DNA of 64,000 nucleotides from Podarcis cretensis (lineage: Eukaryota): NCBI GenBank assembly GCA_951804945.1, contig OX638159.1, positions 16,368,001 through 16,432,000 on the forward strand. Direction: 5' to 3'. Made by a program: the position numbers and the translations under genes. This document shows positions 52,195-63,904 of the stretch, one piece after another (position 1 is the stretch's first letter; every line of letters begins with the position of its first letter). Under the pieces are notes generated by a model that saw only the letters and a list, made by a program, of their open reading frames with translations, was not told where the DNA came from and ran no database searches.

Positions 52195-52984
52195 GTTACT
52201 AGGAATATTAAGTACAAAGGAAAGGATATAGCTAAGAAGAACGGTGTCTGTTTTACATGCAGATAGTTCCAAATTCAAACATTAATATCTCCAGGTAGGT
52301 CTGGGAGAGTTCCCTGTGTGAATCCCGGAAAGCTATTGTCAGTCAGTGTAGAAAATACTGTGCTAGCTGGAAGCATTGGTCTAACTCAGTGTAAGGAAGC
52401 TTCCTATATTTCTACGGGACTAAGCTTCCTATGTATCTACAGGATTGACCACTGTTCTTCAAGCAGCAGATTGTAACCCAGCCTACAGTTGTCAAGGAAG
52501 GAAGGCCACCTGCACTTTTAACAGGCAAACAGAAAGGAGTGTTTAAAAGGTGTGGTGTGTGCATGTGGTGCTCAAAACAGTTTCTCCAGTTTGTAAAGTG
52601 CCTTCTGCCCCAGAAATGTTGTTGACCCCCGTCTGAAAGTCAGAAACACTGACTTGAAAGTTTAAAAATTGAAAAGCAGGTTTTAAGTTCCAGAGTTTAG
52701 TTAAAAGTAGCTCCTAAGTTTGAAAAAGTTAAATATTAATAGTGTATACGTTTGTATACATACAGATTTATATCCGTTAAAAAAACAACAACCATGTAAC
52801 ACTGTGAAAAAGAGGCTCAATACAGCACAAGTGGGTTTTGCTTCTTGAGAGGTACCAGGAAATAATTAAAGGTTACACCCACTTTCTCTGACTGGAGATC
52901 ACTGACTGAGCGAGCTCTGTTAAATGTCCATTTAAGAAATGCTTAAATTGATTTATGAAGTAGACGCTGTCTGATGCTGTAGGC

Positions 52985-53756
52985 CAGGGGTTCTTAACCT
53001 AGTCCCTACCGCCCAGTAGTGGGCGTTTCAGGATTCTAGGTGGGCGGTAGAGGGTTCTATGGCACAAGCTGAATCCTCCTTCCATCGAGCACTGGTGGGA
53101 AGTAAGGAAAGTTTACCATGAAGAAAGATGCATTAGTGGGCGGTAGGTATAAAGATGCATTAGTGGGCGGTAGCCACGAAATTAAAAGACGCCTGCTTCT
53201 TGGGAGAAGGGCAATGACAGGCCTAGACAGCATCTTGAGAAGTAGAGACATCACCTTGCCAACAAAGGTCCGTATAGTTAAAGCTATGGTTTTCCCAGTA
53301 GTGATGTATGGAAGTGAGAGCTGGACCATAAAGAAGGCTAATCGCTGAAGAATTGATGCTTTTGAATTATGGTGCTGGAGGAGACTCTTGAGAGTCCCAT
53401 GGACTGCAAGAAGATCAAACCTCTCCATTCTGAAGGAAATCAGCCCTGAGTGCTCACTGGAAGGACAGATTGTGAAGCTGAGGCTCCAGTACTTTGGCCA
53501 CCTCATGAGAAGAGAAGACTCCCTGGAGAAGACCCTGATGTTGGGAAAGATGGAGGGCACAAGGAGAAGGGGGCGACAGAGGATGAGATGGTTGGATAGT
53601 GTTTTCAAGGTTACCAGCATGAGTCTGACCAAGCTGCGGGGTGCAGTGGAGGATAGGAGTGCCTGGCGTTCTCTGGTCCATGGGGTCACGAAGAGTCGGA
53701 CACGACTAAACGACTAAACAACAACAACAAAGGTATAAAAAGGTTGACCACCCCTG
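52985..53756. mobile_element. hAT-like MITE interrupted by Bov-B
   Basis: TIR-like ends CAGGGGTTCTTAACCT / AGGTTGACCACCCCTG; TSD not recognisable. Confidence 0.7.
53172..53730 (+). mobile_element. Bov-B (RTE clade) LINE, 5'-truncated
   Basis: EIKRRLLLGRRAM...VFPVVMYGSESWTIKKA...LRLQYFGHLMRREDSLEKTLMLGK; 3' end CATGGGGTCACGAAGAGTCGGACACGACT plus (CAA)n tail. Confidence 0.95.
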
Positions 53757-53898
53757 CAATCATATCCTTTTGAAACAAGAATGGTCCAAATTACTCCAAA
53801 AAGGTTGAGAGGGTCTTAGTTTTGCTTGAAAAGCTAAAATAACATTTTCTCAAGGAGAGAGAGAACAAGTAGCTCCAAAACAAAAACAAACGAAAAAA

Positions 53899-54041
53899 TA
53901 GAATATCATAGAGTTAGAAGGCACCATGAGGGTCATCTAGCCCAAGCCTCTGCAATGCAGGAATCTTTTGCCCAACATGGGGCTCAAACCCATGACCCTG
54001 AGTTTAAGAGTCTCCTGCTCTACTGACTGAATTACCCCAGC
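53899..54041 (-). mobile_element. tRNA-Lys(CTT)-derived SINE with CR1-like 3' tail
   Basis: Minus strand TCAGTCAGTAGAGCAGGAGACTCTTAAACTCAGGGTCATGGGTTTGAGCCCCATGTTGGGC is followed by GATTCCTGCATTGCAG...CTAGATGACCCT...AACTCTATG; a tail-only copy lies at ~7895-7963. Confidence 0.85.
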
Positions 54042-55597
54042 TTGATTTCTGCAAGGAAATCAAGAGTCTGCTGTGTAACAGCAACTCTCAATTCATATAA
54101 AATCAAACAAATAATAAATATTACAAACTGACTTTTCACAGCCTTATGGCTTTATGTGACACCATATAGAAACAACTGCAAAGAAGCTCACCCAGACAAC
54201 CTACAGACTTCAGCAAAATGCCTAACATACTATACAGTTTGCCAAAGAAAAGCTTATATTCTGCCTTTCAGATAAGGGGACTTACAAACAATTCATGTTT
54301 CAATGATATAAGAAAAGCCGAAGGAGATAAATGATGAAGTGGTAAAACCACTGGAATAAGGCTAATTGTCAGCCACTAATAGTGCATCACATTATTGAAC
54401 AGGAACAATAGCTAAGGCAGGTACTTAAACTGCATTCCACTATTAGAAAACCTGAACATTGTAAATGTTAATAAGATGCAGACTATTGTGTACAATATCA
54501 GCAAGAGAGGACACGACAGAGGTTTACAAAATTAAGCATGAAGTGAATAAAATGGATAGAGGTCTTCCTTTCTCTCCCCTAACCTGAGAATGTGGGGTCA
54601 CCCCATGCTATTTACAACAGCTGTTGCTCAACAAAAAAAGGACCCTGATCCAACTGTAGAACTATAGAAACAGGCACAGAAAATTGTAATGAGCTACGAT
54701 TGTTGGTTTTACTCTGTGTTCTACAGTACTACCATTTCCACCCTACAAAGAAGAGTATCCATGTTCTCTCTTTTATTTACTGTGTTGAAGCAAATAACAC
54801 CAAAATTAGTTCCTGTCACATGATGTAGAAGCTTCTTTGGTGGGAACAAGCTTGAGACAAATTAGTCATATTATACAGAACCGGGAATAACTAGCAGCTG
54901 CTCATTTTGGACGTGATGGGCAAATACAGACGTAAACCACTATGCTCAAGATGAAATTAAAAGCCAAACTTGCCAGTTTTACAAAATTATCCAATAATGA
55001 AATATTGTTAGCCAAATTGTTTTAATACAGGTCATAATTTTATTAAAGTATACAAAGTAATACTATTTAGGATGTAATAAAAACATGGAATCAACTATTA
55101 ATTTCCACTGGCAATCTAGAACACATGCTGAAGAGTACAGATTGTTATAATCTGCACCATGAGAAAATATGGTCCATGGTATGTTGCATACTCAGATAAA
55201 AAGGTTTACAGCATAGCCAATCAACTGACATTCCTAACTTGAGCCTGAAAGATGTAAACAAGTTATTCAGCAGCATAAGAGAACATATATGCTGGCGACT
55301 CAGTTTACTATTTTCCTAAATCCAGTTACAGCAGTTGCATCCCATAGTGCATGCACATCAGGAAGATCAGACATAGCTAATTAAGTGTGCTCTTTTCCTG
55401 AATTGTGTTACTGGGCATTCAGGGGTATTTACAAGGAAAAATGAAGAGTGAAGCCAGCTTTCAGTTTCAGTCTTGCATTAAATATAGAGCTCAGTCAATG
55501 GACACATTTCTTTTAAACAAAACAAAGTGGCTTATCCAGTGCGAAAGCAGAGCACTTTCACTTCTCCAGACTTGTCATTAACCATCCCAAGTTGCTG

Positions 55598-56849
55598 AAC
55601 AATAACAGTTTTCCCTCAAGGCACTACTCTAGCCTTGTATCCAATCTAGCTGACCTTGCTGAGCACAGCTAAGAATTTTGATAAAACCAGACTGAGTTTG
55701 CATATTATGTGAGCTGAAATGCTCGTAGAAAATTACCTGAAATCCTGTGTCCCACTAAACTTAACTAGATTTATTTGCACTCAACCAGTATTTATTTTAT
55801 TTTTTAATACTTCTCTACAACTGTTTCTCAAAAAAAACACACAACAAAAATCAACCATAAAATAATGAAATACATGAGCCCAGTCAACAATTAAACAGAA
55901 GTGATGACATAACAAAACATTGATAGTCGTATCTTGGAAGTCAAACAGAATCCGTTCGACTTTCAAGATGTTCAGAAATCAAAGCACGACTTCTAGTTGT
56001 CTGCAGGAAGCTCCTGCAGACAACCGGAAGCCGTGGAAGCCACTTCCGGGTTTCGATCATTCAGGAGCCAATTTGTTCGGGAGCCAAGGCGTTCGGGATC
56101 CAAGGTACGACTGTACTAAGTTAATGGGGCATAGCAGTGTTCATCAACAATTCTCGGCTGCTACCTAAAAAAGCAAGGGTTTCGCACGCATCTTCATAAA
56201 GAGCATGGTGGAAGCTGTATGGACTCTTCCAGAAGAAAACACAGCGCATAAGTGCTGTTACAAAAAAGGTCCTGCTCCTGATGGAGCCAAATGTAAGCTT
56301 CCCCATGAGTGTCACCAGAATATAGGGTGCTATTGACCTAAGTAATACACAGAGTGGATCTATGAAACTTAATACAGTATACTTGCTCATTGATTTCAGT
56401 GGGTCATATGCAACTAAATCACTGAACAAGTGGAAACCAGCACAATGATGCCCACTCTCACAATGGGACTCTTCTCCCTGCACCCTCCACAAATCTACTC
56501 ATAAAGGAGGCGGGAGAGGTTGTTCCATCAGCGGGTGGAGCAATTTCCTTAGTGTTATGATGAATACAACCCAGTAAGTCTATTCCAGGGTGGGGAACTT
56601 TTTTCAGACCAAAGACCACATCATCATCTGAACAACTTTCCCAAAGCCAACTTCCCCAAATAAATCTTAAGTTTAGTGGGACACAGGATTTCAGATCATT
56701 TTCTACGAGCATTTCAGCTCACATAATATGCAAACTCAGTCTGGTTTTATCAAAATTGCTAAGTTTCTTAGCTATGCTCAGCAAGGTCGGCTAGACTGGA
56801 TACAAGGCTAGAGTAGTGCCTTGGCCCTTGAGGGAAAACTGTTATTGTT
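55598..56849. repeat. Long inverted repeat (arms 55598-55777 and 56657-56849)
   Basis: The arms align as reverse complements over ~180 bp with a few substitutions and three short indels. Confidence 0.95.
55924..56113. mobile_element. pogo-like MITE (short subtype, degenerate)
   Basis: TAGTCGTATCTTGGAAGTCAAA...CCAAGGTACGACTG-TA; reverse-complement relative of 10048-10291. Confidence 0.75.
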
Positions 56850-57505
56850 TTGCTAGAGGCAAAAAAGGGCAAAACAACACATGTAAACTTTTTTATTATT
56901 ATATTTGTTTACACCCTGGCAAGAAACACCAAAAGTATAGAAAACAAACAAACATTAAAACACAATTAAACAGTGATAGAATTTAAATTATATGCACATA
57001 TAAAATCTGTTTAAAACGTACAGATCATTACAGTAAAAACTGTGTGGGATCCTCCCTTTAATGAAAAGCAGTCCAATTCCAAAAAGCCTGTTGGAACAAG
57101 AAATTCTTCACCTACCTGTGGAAGGACAGCTAGGAGGGAGTCTGTCTAGCTTCCCTACAGAGAGAGTGCCAAAGTCTGGGAGCAGTCACTGATAAAGCCT
57201 TTGTAAAGCAGGCTGCTCTCATAGCTCTTGCTATCCTCTATCCAGCCAACCAAGGACACATTCCACTCTATCAAGCAATGAAGTCTAGATGTGACCAGGG
57301 GAAAAGAAAGAAAAAAATTCCTTCCAGTAGCACCTTAGAGACCAACTAAGTTTGTTATTGGTATGAGCTTTTGTGTACTGGAAGGAATTTTTGTATTTTG
57401 TTTCGACTACGGCAGACCAACATGGCTAGGGGGAAAAGGGTGTGGCTGAGGAGGAAGCATGGCTTGGAGAGAGTCCTGAGGGCCAGACAGAGGGGCCTAG
57501 AGTTT
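56586..57505. mobile_element. Fragmented old hAT-like element hosting several later insertions
   Basis: CAGGGTGGGGAACTTTTTTCAG start; remnants resume at ~56851, ~57225 and ~57430 around the inverted copy, an L2-like piece (~56900-57200) and a Penelope-like remnant. Confidence 0.5.
57313..57428. mobile_element. Penelope-like element terminal remnant
   Basis: CCAGTAGCACCTTAGAGACCAACTAAG...GGTATGAGCTTT and GGCAGACCAACATGGCTA; 17-bp perfect inverted repeat at 57313-57329 / 57376-57392. Confidence 0.65.
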
Positions 57506-57736
57506 GTGATGACTGGAACTGATGGGAGTTGCAGTCAAAACATCTGGAGGGCACCTAGTTGGTGAAGGCAGTTGTAACTGAATGTCCTATCTGAAAGCCA
57601 CCAGGCAGGATAGGATTGCTCATAAAACCCTTATTCCAACAGAGCACAATGCTATATCAGTGGAAAGATGCATGCCACTGGACAGAGGAGAAGCAATGAC
57701 TGGCTTGAACCTTGCACTGTCAGGAGTCTGCTAGGG

Positions 57737-57904
57737 CACTGGTCTTTAACTAGTGGGTCAGGGCCCACTAGTGGGTCACAGCTTCATCCAAGTTGGATCG
57801 CAACAGGAGCACTGCCACCATGTATAGAAGGTTAAGAAATGGGTCACCAAATGAGTGTTTGGGTTGAAAGTGGGACCTGGCTCTGAAAAGGTTTAAGACT
57901 ATTG
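57737..57904. mobile_element. hAT-type MITE
   Basis: Ends CACTGGTCTTTAAC / GTTTAAGACTATTG; 8-bp TSD TGCTAGGG / TGCTAGTG. Confidence 0.65.
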
Positions 57905-58719
57905 TGCTAGTGCAAAGAGAAGAAGAGGGATGAAGGGACATGGCAGGGGAATTGATCGGGATCCTATTCTCAGTCAGTAGTAGTCCTAGCCCAAATTATG
58001 CAAACTTCACACGCCAACAACAAAAGTGGCATCTATTAAAATGCTCCCACCAAAATCAATGGGGAGCCCAACATAACAGCCCAAAGCCAGCCATAATGGA
58101 GGCTTTCAATGAACAAAAATGTTGGCACCTGTTTGTCTCTTTGATACTCTCAGAACTCACTCCTATGAAGGCATTCTCCTCCTCATGTGATCAGGGAGAG
58201 AGCAAGAACACATTAGCCATCCTATGCATCATAACCCCAATGCCAGCACTCTCCACATGTTGCAGGTGCATAATTGAGAGATCTAAATCATGCCAGAAGC
58301 CTCAGCTAGCACAGCAGGCACCTCACTGCAGGCATTTGCCCTCCAATGCATAGAAGGTGGTGGGGCACCTGGGTAGCTAGCATACTCTGCTCTCTCCTCA
58401 CACAATTCTAATTGTGTGAAACACCTGCACAGGTCTTCGCTTAACAACCAACCTTGTTCAATAAAAGTTCAGACTGCTGTGCCTCTTTTATCCTCAATAA
58501 TTATCAGTTGGCGAGCACTCTCCCCACCCTCCGGAATCCTTCCTATTCTTCATAGGACACACATGCTTGTGGCTGGAGAAGAGCTCCACCATCACACCCT
58601 ACCAGGGCTAATGTCTCTGCATTTCCTACCAAAGCACTTGCAAGAGGGAGGCCAGGTAGATCAATGTCTTCTTGGCTCCCATCATCACCATCCATTGGTT
58701 TCCAAAAAGGGGGGGGGGA

Positions 58720-58970
58720 GGTGATGACATGATGAAGGTATGTGTGATGCAGAGAAAGTGGGTAGACAGATATTTTACTCTCTTTCTCCTAACACTACAA
58801 CCCAGGGTCATCCAATGCAGCTAAATATTAGAAGATTCAGAACAAACAAGAGAAGGCAGTTGTTCACATACTGTATCATTAAACTGTGGAATTCACTGCC
58901 ACGGGATGAAATGATAGCCACCAACTTGGATAGTTTTATTAAAAGCAGGCTGGGAAAATTCATGGATTGA
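58720..58970 (+). mobile_element. CR1 LINE 3' fragment
   Basis: Peptide TQGHPMQL...RFRTNKRRQLFT...IKLWNSLP...LGKFMD. Confidence 0.8.
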
Positions 58971-59513
58971 TAATTCATACATACCCCACCTTTTTCCCTA
59001 ACGGTACTCAGTGGCAACTAATTATAGTGGCTGTGTTCTGTTTGGCCACTTTGAGAACAAGATACTGGATGAAACGGGCTTCTGGTCTTCAGAGAGGAAG
59101 ACTGAAACAGACAGTATGACACCTCTCCCTGATCCTTTTCCCCTGACCCAGATCTACCATTGAACAAAAGGAGCACATTTTCAGTCTTTTAGAAGTACTG
59201 TGTGCAGCCATCCATCAGGATGCCCAGGCCTCATGCCCCAGGCAGCGAAAGGGGCACAAAAGAAGCTTGTTGGTGTTGCAGGCTTGTAGTAGGACAGAGA
59301 AATGACCTTAGCTTTCTCACTACAGCTGCCCCCACCGCCGCATTTGTCCCCAGCAAGTGTCTGAGTAACAAGGAAATATCTATTCCCTGCTGCAAATCCT
59401 CCATGTGAATAGATCTTGACTATGAAACATGTTTTTCTGTTATTCATCAATCTTCAGGAGACAACAACCCCCACCCACCCCCAAAAAACAGCATAGAATG
59501 GAAAAACATTACA

Positions 59514-59762
59514 GAGAGCCAGTGTGGTGTAGTGGTTAAGAGTGGTAGTCTTGCAATCTGGGGAACCAGGTTTGCGTCTCTACTCCTCCACATGCAGCTG
59601 CTGGGTGACCTTGGGGCAGTCACACTTCTCTGAAGTCTCTCAGCCCCACTCACCTCACAGAGTGTTTGTTGTGGGGGAGGAAGGGAAAGGAGAATGTTAG
59701 CCGCTTTGAGACTCCTTAGGGTAGTGATAAAGCAGGATATCAAATCCAAACTCTTCTTTCTT
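59514..59762 (+). mobile_element. tRNA-derived CORE-type SINE (Squam3-like)
   Basis: GAGAGCCAGTGTGGTGTAGTGGTTAAGAG head, GGGTGACCTTGGG core and (CTT)n-like tail; an older head fragment lies at ~62251-62337. Confidence 0.8.
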
Positions 59763-62092
59763 GCTTGATGTGCAAGAGTTCCAATATAGCAGTCCCATGA
59801 GGGGAAAGGCACTGACATTTTCCCACCCTGACCTCTAGGAAAGAAAGACACATCCTGCTCTGTATTTTATGCAGTCCGCTGGCTCATGTGATTGATTATG
59901 CATCAATTATAAATGGCCATGGAAACAGTGGAAGCATTCCATTAATTCCTGGTTTTGTATATGATTACTCATAGTTTTTAAGCACTAACTCTACACCATG
60001 CCACATATACAAAGGTTAATACTGCCAATGGAGTGGTGCTTGGGGCAATTAAATCCTTCTGACTTTGTAACACACTGCTATTAGAATGAAGCCTGCAACA
60101 AAATGTTGCAGTATGGAGTGTTCTGTTCAGGGTTCAAGGCAGCCAACCATGTACTTTTTACAGAATACTCCATTAGCTCTCCCTGAGTTTCTGCACTTGC
60201 CCCTTGCAGTCAATTAGCAGTCCTTGCTCACTGAGCATACACAGTCCTCAATGGGCAGTTTGGGGTGGTTTCCCCACTGCCACCAGTGGGCTTTCCCTAT
60301 ATTTGTTGTACTTCTGAAAAGTCTGAGGTTCCCCCAAGACTGCTGATATTTCCCTCATGTGTGGATGTTGGCACTTTGGTTTACATAAGGATCAACACTG
60401 GGAAATCAGCTGCTCGCTATTGGACTAAAGGATAGAGTTGTAATTCTCAATGCACCATAGATGGCATTGACAACTCAGATAGCTTTTATAGTGTTTGATC
60501 AAGTCTACATTACTTGTAAAATCAAATAAACTACACCAGTGGGTTGTTAGCATCTATGCAAAATAGCGGCATAAGTACAATAAGACAACCAGTTTAAAGT
60601 AAGCTAGCTCCAGGAAAAATATTTTCAAATACAACCAAACTCAGTACTGTAATTTAGATAAAACAACCAAAACCCAGCAGCAGCATTTACAGTAACACCT
60701 TTCAGTTAAAAGACAGAGATACGTTTTGATGCAGGGAGCCAGACTACAACATACATAGACAGTTTAATTTAAAAAATAGAAAGAGAGGGGTTCTGGGGCT
60801 TAAAGTAGTTAGATATCCCTGTTTTCCATCCTGGAACTTAATTAGGTCAGGAAAAGGTATTCTGCACTTGTTCTGAGAATTCTTCTTTTTAATTATTTCA
60901 CAAGCATTGCCAACAAAGTTTGGAACGAAACCAACGCTTCCACAAATTAAAGTATTCCTTTTAGGCCATTCTCAGCAAGAAATATATGGATCACATGAAA
61001 CAAAAACAAACAAGTTTTACAGCTACGGTCAAAAGTTTTCTCTCTCCAGCTCTAGAGCAAAGCAGCAGCTGTATAGGATGTTGAGCTAGCCAGGCATTTA
61101 AAACCCAATGCTGAACTATCAGCAAAACAACCCAGACCGACAGCCCACCCCTCAAGAAATGCAAAGTGCATGCTGAGTAGAAGACATTCCTGCACGAACT
61201 TAGGAAGGTAGGGGTGAGGAGATGGGGACAAGGAGTTTTCTTTCTCAAAACAAGCCTTTTGTTAGAAGGAGCTCATTTAAATAGAGGGAAAAGTCGCAAT
61301 GGATACGGGAGAAAGTGGAACAACAAAGACAAATGGGCAAAGCACACCCAGTACACCGACAGCAGTAGAAAGTGTGCCGCCTTGGAAATGTAGAAAATTA
61401 GCTTTTATAGGCAAAACTATTATTTATCAGATTTACTTGAAGAGATACGTAGGCTGCTGTGCTCCATTTGTTTACCAAAAAGAGTTCATTTCACAAGACT
61501 ATTTTGCCCACAATGATGTTCCTACAGGGATGTCCCATTTAGTGTGAAAGTTGTGTGTGCCAACGGCATACATGTCTCTTTCGACAGTTGACTAGGCGGG
61601 GTTCAAATGACCTCCTCCATGTATCCAAACATGTGGAGAGGGTCCTGGGACCAGCAGGCAAGCTTCACATCCTGTCGCCACTATGCCCCGCAATCACATT
61701 CCTCAGTGTTCAAAACACACCAGGAGGAATTCTATTTGCACACTAAGGTCTGTGCACAGAGTCCCTCCAAGCAGGGAGAGACCTTTATCGCACCGCGGCC
61801 CCTTCTCCCGTGGAGCAGCTCCACAGGTGCACACCAAAATAACCACTTCCAAAAGAGTTTGGACACATGGACATCAAGGGACGAGGCTTGTCCACATGGC
61901 CCTGCAACCCCTACCACAACTTGAGCACCATGGTGGACCCCACAACTATTATTCAGAACAGAGCAAGAGAGGCGGGGGGAGGGACATTGGCACAGCCAAG
62001 ATTTATTTAAGGGAGGCAAGACAAAACACCTGTCACCATCCTCTGTCTGGCACTGCCTGGGGGATCCAGCATGAAATGGCTCAGCAGCAATT

Positions 62093-62093
62093 C

Positions 62094-62142
<49 letters not shown>
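62093..62142. repeat. (ATT)n microsatellite
   Basis: Direct reading. Confidence 0.95.
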
Positions 62143-62589
62143 TTACTGTGCTTACAATTATTACATTTATTACTTTGTCATAGAACTTTAAATACAAACA
62201 CCCAATTTTTCAGCAGAGGAACATGCATGCACAATTTCTCAGAGTCTCTGGGGAGAGCCAGTGCAGTATATTGGCTACAAGAGGGTTGGACTGTGACCTG
62301 GGAGATCTGGGTCCAAATCCCAACTCAGCCATGAAGCAACAGTTTTAAATTACTTCCTTCCCACCCTAAGCGCTCAGAAAAAACACCTGTCAAAGCCCTT
62401 CTACAATTTCTACTTTCAGTTAGGCGTTTTTATTTATTTCCTTTGTTTGGAGGGGGGGGGAGGAAGTTGCCCCCTGCTCCCTCCCCCCACCATGTGGGGT
62501 GTGTGGCACCGAATTTTGACACTCAAATTTGTAATGAGATTTGCATCCATGGTTATGGGAGGAGGGGCGAGGTTGCCCCGAATTTTGAC

Positions 62590-63830
62590 ACCCCGATGTC
62601 CGCCCCTGCGCAAAGCAGCGCTACCTCCCCTACCGCGTTTCTCCCGACGGGTCGAAACGAGCCTCATTCAGACAACCAACCGCCAGGGGAGGCCGGCATA
62701 GTTTTAGCCCGAACCTTAGCCCCCCCACCCCAATTCCGCCCCGTCGCCTGACCTTCAACGGACAGCTCCCGTGCGCGTGAACGGCCGCAGCACTCCCAAC
62801 ACATCCCCCCCGCCACCCGATCGTCTGAACGGAGCCCCGGACGGACGCGTGGACGCCACACGCGCGCGCCCGCCGTCTTCAAGTTACGCACGCGATACCC
62901 GTGCACGCCCCGTCGCCTGACCTTCAACGGACAGCTCTCATGCGCATGAACGGCGGCAGCAGCAGCAGTCCCACCTAAGCCCCCAAACGATCGTCTGAAC
63001 AGAGCCCTGGACTGATGCGTGTATGTGCGTGGCGTCCACGCATCGGTCAGTGGCTATGTTCAGACGATCGGGTGGTGCTGGGGCCCCGTGTGCGGGGTGG
63101 GGTTGAGGATTCCCCTTTTCATTGGGGTCTTCTCGCAACGCGCGATTCCCGCGAAGCGAGCGGCGGTGGCACCTGCGCTTTTCCCGCCTTCGCCAGTCCC
63201 TCACCTGCCGGCGCGCCGGGCGGGCTCGTCTCCTCAGGCTCCTCCGCGACGGACGGACTTCTTTCCTTTCCCCCAAAAAGCCCAGCTCCCCCCTACAGGC
63301 CGTTCGCCAGAGGCGCGATGGCGCTTCCTCCCGAGCCCGGTCCGAGCGACGACAACTCCCGCTCCGGAGCCCCAACTTTGCCCGGCTTGAGGTGAAGCGA
63401 CTCTTGAGGTGGCTGCGAGAACCGACGGGGCCCCGGAGGGGACAAACGAGCCAAGCCGGCGACCGGCGCCTCGGGGGGGGGGGGGGGACTCGCGCCTCTC
63501 CCGGCTCTCCTCCCTGGCCGAGGCTGAGCGCAGGTGGCCGGCGGCGGAGGCTCCCCCGCAGCCAACTTGAGGCGGCCGAGGAAGTTCCGTCCCGGGCGCA
63601 GCAGTGAGAAGCGCGGGGACGACCAATGCCAATGTCGCCGCCGCGCTTCGCTTAGCCTGAGGAACAGGTGTCGCCGCCTGAGGTCGTGAGGCGAAGGCGA
63701 AATCTCTCGGCCCGCCCCGTCGCGGCAGAGCCTGTTAGCACGCGCGGCCAACTTTGCGCATGCGCGGGGCGGAGTGGGGGGGAGACGCCCTCCTGCCTCA
63801 AGTTCCCTCAGGTCGATGGCGGGAAACGAA
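62590..63830. promoter_or_regulatory. MEGF10: CpG island, probable MEGF10 promoter
   Basis: The only long CpG-dense non-TE tract, ~30 kb upstream of the first coding exon. Contains the NRF1-type palindrome TGCGCATGCGC (63755-63765), a GC box GGGGCGGAGT (63766-63775) and tandem CCAAT (63623-63627, 63629-63633). Confidence 0.82.
63205..63600 (-). other. MEGF10: Putative non-coding exon 1 of MEGF10 (5' boundary/TSS uncertain)
   Basis: Strong minus-strand donor CAG|GTGAGG at 63205/63204 inside the CpG island; no ATG on the minus strand in this interval. Confidence 0.6.
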
Positions 63831-63904
63831 GAAGTCCACCCCCCCCTTTTTATTTTTTTATTTATACTTGTCCAGGTTTTTTTGTTTGTTTTTTGTTTAT
63901 ACCT

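Noticed and set aside
53057-53689. 210-aa minus-strand ORF
   Set aside because: Antisense frame of the Bov-B ORF2 fragment; not an independent gene.
53970-54041. Functional tRNA-Lys(CTT) gene
   Set aside because: The acceptor stem is broken, the B box is mutated (GGTTTGAG) and it is fused to a CR1-like tail, so it is a SINE head.
61683-62334. ORFs with poly-Tyr or poly-Ile runs
   Set aside because: Translations of the (ATT)n microsatellite.
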